DNA of 4,459 nt from a virus (Duplodnaviria; Heunggongvirae; Uroviricota; Caudoviricetes): IMG/VR virus record IMGVR_UViG_2778261420_000010; one strand, 5' to 3'. Shown here in pieces: positions 1 to 4,459 of this stretch. Made by a program: the position numbers and the translations under genes. Under the pieces are notes generated by a model. That model was not told the DNA's origin. It ran no database searches and saw only the letters and a list, made by a program, of their open reading frames with translations. Numbering within the stretch: position 1 is the first letter of the stretch; every line of letters begins with the position of its first letter.

Positions 1-152
1 TGTTTTTGTCATGTGAGTCACCTCTGACTGAGAGTTTACTCACTTAGCCGCGTGTCCACTATTGCTGGGTAAGATCAGATCTTCGTAGGTTAGGAGAGCA
101 AAAGTACAATCTGCATTTGAATAATAATATTCATTAGGTGAAATATTTTTAT

Positions 153-187
153 TTGACTGTTCTAGTTATTATGCTTTTAGTTACAAT
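153..187 (+). promoter_or_regulatory. Putative sigma70-like promoter elements upstream of the AT-rich gene (TTGACT at 153-158; TACAAT at 182-187)
   Basis: Seen in sequence: consensus-like -35 hexamer TTGACT and -10-like TACAAT in an AT-rich leader ahead of the 215 start. The spacing between these two hexamers is about 23 bp, which is non-optimal, and alternative -10 candidates at canonical spacing (e.g. TTTAGT at 176-181) match poorly. The exact promoter is therefore unresolved. Confidence 0.2.
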
Positions 188-214
188 ACTCTCACTATTA
201 ACAGTGAGGTAAAA

Positions 215-769
215 ATGAACGAAAATTATATTGCATATGAGACACTTGTAGCAAACCGTGCTGCTGCTGAGTGGGCTTGTTGGGCAATGATTGCATCTTG
301 GGTGAGTGCTGGAGCTACTATTGTTACTTTGTTTTTGGCGTTCAAGGCATTATTTACGTGGCGGGAACAAGAGAAAACAAAAGTAAAAATAGATTTTAGG
401 AATGCATTAAAGAAATTAAAGACAGCTCTATTATTTATGCCTGTCAATATTGACCCCGAGCAACTCAATGATGAACGAGAGCAAGTTATTGCGAAATGGC
501 TATTTAAAGATGTAGATCTTATTAGTCAGCAAATTGAGTTGGGAGAAGAGAATGTTAAAAGATTTGATGAGCTTTTGAGTATTTTTGATTGTTGCCAATC
601 TTCATGGTTTGCGACAGAGCACTTATTTGATAATACTGAGTTAGAAAAAGTTTGGCATGAGTTCGAGTCTAACTTTAATAAATATATAAATGGTGGTGAG
701 AGTAAGGATTTACTTATGAAAATGCTTGATAAGCTCATCTCTTCTAGATTTGTATTTGAGTCAAGATAA
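215..769 (+). CDS. Hypothetical membrane-anchored protein, 184 aa, family not recognised; AT-rich moron and candidate accessory/defence gene
   Basis: Seen in sequence: ATG at 215 preceded by GTGAGGT (204-210) as Shine-Dalgarno with about 5 nt spacing; uninterrupted ORF to TAA at 767-769. The gene is markedly AT-rich and A/T-ending codons dominate, unlike the GC-rich genes downstream. The translation has a hydrophobic stretch at about residues 21-47 (ACWAMIASWVSAGATIVTLFLAFKALF) followed by a K/R-rich segment (WREQEKTKVKIDFRNALKKLK), suggesting N-out/C-in topology, then a charged D/E/K-rich domain of about 135 aa with no catalytic motif I can recognise. Confidence 0.75.
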   Translation: MNENYIAYETLVANRAAAEWACWAMIASWVSAGATIVTLFLAFKALFTWREQEKTKVKIDFRNALKKLKTALLFMPVNIDPEQLNDEREQVIAKWLFKDVDLISQQIELGEENVKRFDELLSIFDCCQSSWFATEHLFDNTELEKVWHEFESNFNKYINGGESKDLLMKMLDKLISSRFVFESR

Positions 770-819
770 TTGCCTTTGAGCATTTTTCTTTATTATTTTA
801 CTTATTATAAATTTTTTAT

Positions 820-1170
820 ATGCCCCCTAGAATCCCAAAAGCCTGCCGCGTTCGCGGCTGCCGCAATACCACGACTGACCCGTCAGGCTACTGCGAAAGC
901 CACAAAAGCGAAGGCTGGAAACAATACAAGCCAGGACAATCCCGTCACCAGCGCGGCTATGGTTCGAAGTGGGATGTTATCCGCGCGCGTGTGCTGAAGC
1001 GTGATAAAGGTTTATGTCAGTTATGTCTGCGTGCTGGTGTGGTGCGTGAGGCGAAAACCGTTGACCACATCATTCCTAAAGCGCATGGCGGCTCTGATGC
1101 CGACAGTAATCTGCAGAGCCTGTGCTGGCCGTGTCATAAGGCGAAGACGGCCCGTGAACGGCTGAAGTAA
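820..1170 (+). CDS. HNH endonuclease, phage packaging-associated type (HK97 gp74-like)
   Basis: Seen in sequence: the translation contains N-terminal Cys pairs (CRVRGC...YCESH), the HNH core DHIIPKAHGG...N, and a second zinc-knuckle CWPCHKAKT. Established knowledge: HNH proteins encoded immediately next to the terminase genes are a recurrent component of HK97-like packaging machines. The start ATG at 820 has no obvious Shine-Dalgarno (upstream is pure A/T), so translation initiation is unusual, but the N-terminus MPPRIPKACR is typical for this family. Confidence 0.88.
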   Translation: MPPRIPKACRVRGCRNTTTDPSGYCESHKSEGWKQYKPGQSRHQRGYGSKWDVIRARVLKRDKGLCQLCLRAGVVREAKTVDHIIPKAHGGSDADSNLQSLCWPCHKAKTARERLK

Positions 1171-1196
1171 GAATCAGTTCCCACTGACAGAGGGGA

Positions 1197-1256
1197 GGGG
1201 CGGGTCAAATCCCTGTGACCTGACGTCTTCCGGACTGCCCGCCCCATCGTTTTTTT
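1197..1256 (+). terminator. GC-rich inverted repeat plus T-run in the HNH/TerS intergenic region; intrinsic-terminator-like and/or part of a cos/packaging recognition region
   Basis: Seen in sequence: GGGGCGGG (1197-1204) and its exact reverse complement CCCGCCCC (1238-1245), separated by 33 nt, followed 4 nt later by a run of seven T (1250-1256). The loop is larger than in a classic rho-independent terminator, so the assignment is tentative. Confidence 0.35.
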
Positions 1257-1286
1257 ATACCCGCGAAAAATGAAATTTAACCAGGA

Positions 1287-1790
1287 GTGCCGCATATGGC
1301 TGGAACGGCGGGGCGTTCCGGGCGTCGCCCTAAGCCAACGGCGCGCAAGGAGCTGGCCGGAAACCCCGGCAAGCGAGCCCTGAACAAAGATGAACCTGTT
1401 TTTACGCCCATCAAAGGTGTTGAGCCACCGGAGTGGTTCGCTGAAGAAGAGTTTCCTCTCGCCACGATCATGTGGCAACTGACAACCAAAGAACTCTGCG
1501 GTCAGGGCCTGCTGTGCGTGACTGACCTCGCAGTGCTTGAGCGGTGGTGCGTGGCCTATGAGTTCTGGCGACGTGCCGTGAAAAATATTGCCAGACAGGG
1601 CAACACCATCACCGGTGCAATGGGCGGCATGGTCAAAAATCCGGAGCTGACCGCCAAAAAAGAACAGGAGTCCGAGATGAGCAGTACGGGGGCAATGCTC
1701 GGACTCGACCCCAGCAGCCGCCAGCGTCTGATTGGCCTGGCGGGGAAGAAGAAAGCCACTAACCCGTTTCTGAAAATTATCGAGTCATGA
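1287..1790 (+). CDS. terS: Phage terminase small subunit, P27 family
   Basis: Seen in sequence: the translation carries the N-terminal basic tract and GNPGKRAL motif typical of P27-family small terminases, and sits immediately upstream of and overlapping the large subunit. The ORF track starts at GTG 1287, but ATG at 1296 is the more likely start because AGGAG (1283-1287) lies about 8 nt upstream of it. Stop is TGA at 1788-1790. Confidence 0.88.
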   Translation: MPHMAGTAGRSGRRPKPTARKELAGNPGKRALNKDEPVFTPIKGVEPPEWFAEEEFPLATIMWQLTTKELCGQGLLCVTDLAVLERWCVAYEFWRRAVKNIARQGNTITGAMGGMVKNPELTAKKEQESEMSSTGAMLGLDPSSRQRLIGLAGKKKATNPFLKIIES

Positions 1791-3520
1791 GCCGGAAATC
1801 TTACCCCAACGTAAATGCTGCCAATCAGTATGCCCGGGATGTCGTGCGCGGAAAGATTGTGGCCTGCCAGTTTGTGATTCAGGCCTGCCAGCGCCATCTT
1901 GATGACCTGATGGCGGAAAAAAGTAAGTCGTTTCGTTACCGCTTCGACAAGGATCTGGCTGAACGGGCCGCCAAATTTATTCAGCTGTTGCCGCACACCA
2001 AGGGTGAGTGGGCATTTAAACGGATGCCCATCACGCTGGAGCCGTGGCAGCTCTTTGTGGTCTGCTGCGCGTTTGGCTGGGTCAATAAAGGCTCCCGGCT
2101 GCGCCGCTTCCGGGAGGTGTATACCGAAATCCCCCGTAAGAACGGCAAATCGGCAATCTCTGCCGGTGTTGCCCTGTATTGTTTTGCCTGTGATAACGAG
2201 TTTGGCGCGGAAGTGTATTCCGGTGCCACGACAGAGAAACAGGCGTGGGAAGTCTTTCGCCTGGCGCGACTGATGTGTAAACGCACACCCATGCTGACGG
2301 AAGCGTTCGGGATTGAGGTTAACGCCTCAAACATGAACCGTCCGGAGGATGGGGCGCGGTTTGAACCGCTGATTGGTAACCCCGGTGATGGTTCATCACC
2401 CCACTGTGCGGTGGTGGATGAATATCACGAGCACGCCACAGATGCGCTTTACACCACGATGCTTACCGGGATGGGGGCGCGACGTCAGCCACTGATGTGG
2501 GCCATTACCACCGCCGGGTACAACATTGAGGGGCCGTGCTACGACAAACGGCGGGAAGTCATCGAGATGCTCAACGGCTCGGTGCCCAACGATGAACTGT
2601 TCGGGATCATCTATACCGTTGACGAAGGCGACGACTGGACCGACCCGCAGGTACTTGAAAAAGCTAACCCGAATATCGGTGTGTCGGTTTATCGCGAGTT
2701 TTTGTTAAGCCAGCAGCAACGTGCGAAAAATAACGCCCGTCTGGCAAACGTCTTTAAAACAAAACACCTCAATATCTGGGTGTCGGCGCGTTCGGCGTAT
2801 TTCAACCTGGTGAGCTGGCAGAGCTGCGAGGATAAATCACTGACTCTTGAGCAGTTCGAGGGGCAGCCGTGCATTCTGGCCTTTGACCTGGCGCGTAAGC
2901 TGGATATGAACAGCATGGCGCGACTTTATACCCGCGAGATTGACGGTAAAACGCATTACTACAGTGTGGCCCCGCGTTTCTGGGTACCGTATGACACGGT
3001 GTACAGCGTCGAGAAAAATGAAGATCGCCGGACAGCCGAACGCTTTCAGAAATGGGTGGAAATGGGCGTTCTGACCGTTACCGATGGTGCGGAGGTGGAT
3101 TATCGCTACATCCTCGAGGAGGCCAAAGCGGCGAACAAAATCAGCCCGGTCAGTGAGTCACCCATCGACCCCTTCGGGGCGACCGGGTTGTCACATGACC
3201 TTGCTGATGAAGACCTGAACCCCGTCACTATCATTCAGAACTACACCAACATGTCCGACCCGATGAAAGAGCTGGAAGCGGCAATTGAATCGGGGCGCTT
3301 TCATCATGACGGCAATCCAATCATGACCTGGTGTATCGGCAACGTGGTCGGCAAAACCATTCCGGGTAACGATGATGTGGTGAAACCCGTCAAAGAGCAG
3401 GCGGAAAACAAAATCGATGGTGCAGTTGCGCTGATTATGGCGGTTGGCAGAGCCATGCTGTACGAGAAAGAAGACACGCTGTCTGACCACATTGAGTCCT
3501 ATGGGATCCGCTCGCTTTAA
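1787..3520 (+). CDS. terL: Phage terminase large subunit (ATPase plus nuclease)
   Basis: Seen in sequence: 577-aa ORF whose ATG (1787-1789) overlaps the TerS stop in an ATGA arrangement, implying translational coupling. It has a P-loop-like PRKNGKS motif, a Walker-B-like hydrophobic-DE stretch ([10 protein letters not shown]), and a C-terminal region with conserved acidic residues ([11 protein letters not shown]; [15 protein letters not shown]) consistent with the RNaseH-like nuclease domain. Stop is TAA at 3518-3520. Confidence 0.93.
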
Positions 3521-3531
3521 CTGAGGTAATT

Positions 3532-3714
3532 ATGATCATGCTGATTCTCGCGCCTCTGGTGGGCGTGCTGGGGGCGCTTTTGCTGGCGTATGGTGCCTGG
3601 CTGATTTATCCCCCGGCGGGGTTTGTTGTTGCCGGGGCGTTGTGCCTGTTCTGGTCGTGGCTGGTGGCGCGATATCTCGACCGTACACAGTCGTCTGTCG
3701 GCGGAGGTAAATAG
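3532..3714 (+). CDS. Small hydrophobic protein, 60 aa, two predicted transmembrane helices, function unknown
   Basis: Seen in sequence: ATG at 3532 with GAGG (3523-3526) about 5 nt upstream. It exactly fills the gap between the TerL stop and the portal start. Codon usage (CTG, GCG, GTG) matches the neighbouring genes. Two hydrophobic segments ([23 protein letters not shown] and [19 protein letters not shown]). GC-rich frames can give hydrophobic ORFs by chance, hence moderate confidence. Confidence 0.55.
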
Positions 3715-4459
3715 TGTTCTTTTTGGGATTATTTCAACGAAAAAGTGACGCACCGGTGACCACGCCAGCAGAGCTGGCGGATGCTATCGGGTTGTCCTAC
3801 GACACCTATACCGGAAAGCAGATCAGCAGCCAGCGGGCCATGCGACTGACGGCGGTTTTTTCCTGTGTCAGGGTGCTGGCGGAGTCGGTCGGGATGTTGC
3901 CCTGCAACCTGTATCACCTGAACGGCAGCCTGAAACAGAGAGCCACTGGCGAACGTCTGCATAAGCTGATCTCCACGCATCCCAATGGCTATATGACGCC
4001 GCAGGAGTTCTGGGAGCTGGTGGTCACCTGTCTGTGCCTGCGGGGAAACTTTTACGCCTACAAAGTGAAAGCATTTGGCGAAGTGGCTGAACTGCTGCCC
4101 GTCGATCCCGGCTGTGTGGTACCGAAGCTTAACAGTAGCTGGGAGCCGGTCTATCAGGTCACATTCCCGAACGGCTCAACGGATGTGCTGACCCAGGAGG
4201 ATATCTGGCATGTGCGCACGCTGACGCTGGACGGTCTGGTGGGACTGAATCCCATCGCCTATGCCCGCGAGGCAATATCGCTGGCAGCAGCGACTGAAGA
4301 GCACGGAGCCAGACTGTTCAGCAATGGCGCGGTGACGTCCGGTGTGTTGCGTACAGAACAGACGCTGTCAGATCAGGCTTATGAGCGCCTGAAGAAAGAT
4401 TTTGAGGAGCGTCACACCGGGCTTGGCAATGCTCACCGCCCGATGATCCTTGAGATGGG
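3715..4459 (+). CDS. Phage portal protein, HK97 family (5' partial, continues past the window end)
   Basis: Seen in sequence: open frame from GTG 3715 with no stop to the window end (about 248 codons), with GGAGG (3703-3707) about 7 nt upstream. The translation contains segments I recognise as characteristic of HK97-type portals: AVFSCVRVLAESVGMLP, THPNGYMTPQEFWE, GLNPIAYAREAISLA, FSNGAVTSGVL, GNAHRPMILE. It is absent from the supplied ORF track only because no stop lies within the window. The first in-frame ATG is about 42 codons downstream, so the exact start is uncertain. Confidence 0.88.

Noticed and set aside
215-769. Possibility that the 184-aa membrane protein is an Rz-like inner-membrane spanin from the phage lysis cassette
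   Set aside because: Spanins have a short cytoplasmic N-terminus and a periplasmic C-terminal domain, usually with an embedded or overlapping outer-membrane lipoprotein gene. Here the positive charges cluster after the helix, predicting a cytoplasmic C-terminal domain, no embedded + strand lipoprotein ORF with a lipobox is evident, and the gene's composition is foreign to the phage backbone. This is not fully excluded without a homology search.
226-783. Antisense ORFs 226-468 (-) and 526-783 (-) opposite the AT-rich gene
   Set aside because: They sit entirely inside the better-supported + strand gene, have no convincing ribosome-binding sites, and translate to low-complexity products. They are most likely shadow ORFs, although antisense transcription of a silenced moron cannot be excluded.
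770-997. ORF 770-997 (+), 75 aa
   Set aside because: It overlaps the HNH gene in another frame, starts in A/T sequence without a ribosome-binding site, and gives a low-complexity Ala-rich product. The HNH frame carries clear family motifs.
1134-2334. Reverse-strand ORFs 1134-1478, 1277-1489, 1556-1996, 1981-2334 and 2082-2288, and + strand ORF 2004-2273
   Set aside because: All lie within or across the TerS and TerL coding sequences, whose + strand frames have strong family signatures. Open alternative frames are expected by chance in GC-rich DNA.
2526-3980. ORFs 2526-2708 (+), 2689-2916 (-), 3191-3490 (-), 3304-3492 (-), 3517-3753 (-) and 3729-3980 (-)
   Set aside because: These are shadow ORFs overlapping the TerL, small membrane protein or portal genes, with Arg/Pro/Gln-rich low-complexity translations typical of wrong-frame reads of GC-rich coding sequence.
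1-4459. Scan for CRISPR arrays, tRNA or rRNA genes, insertion-sequence inverted repeats and integrase
   Set aside because: No regularly spaced direct repeats, no cloverleaf-like tRNA candidates, and no transposase- or integrase-like translations were seen. The only strong inverted repeat (1197-1245) is better explained as a terminator or cos element.

Overview
This window is the DNA-packaging end of an HK97-like (lambdoid siphovirus) prophage or phage, with every supported gene on the + strand. In order: an HNH endonuclease of the packaging-associated type (820-1170), a GC-rich inverted repeat plus T-run in the HNH/terminase gap (candidate terminator and/or cos region, 1197-1256), a P27-family terminase small subunit (1287 or 1296 to 1790), a terminase large subunit (1787-3520, start overlapping the TerS stop), a 60-aa two-helix membrane protein (3532-3714), and the 5' part of an HK97-family portal protein (3715 to window end, GTG start, absent from the ORF track because it has no stop in the window). 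Codon usage and GC of these genes look enterobacterial. Upstream of this module lies a sharply AT-rich block (roughly 110-820) carrying one 184-aa gene (215-769) with a strong Shine-Dalgarno, an N-terminal transmembrane helix, a K/R-rich juxtamembrane segment and a charged C-terminal domain that I cannot assign to any known family. This compositionally foreign 'moron' is the best candidate for an undescribed accessory function, plausibly phage exclusion or abortive infection, but that role is inference only. No tRNA, rRNA, CRISPR array or transposase is detectable. All family assignments are from reading the translations by eye; no searches were run.
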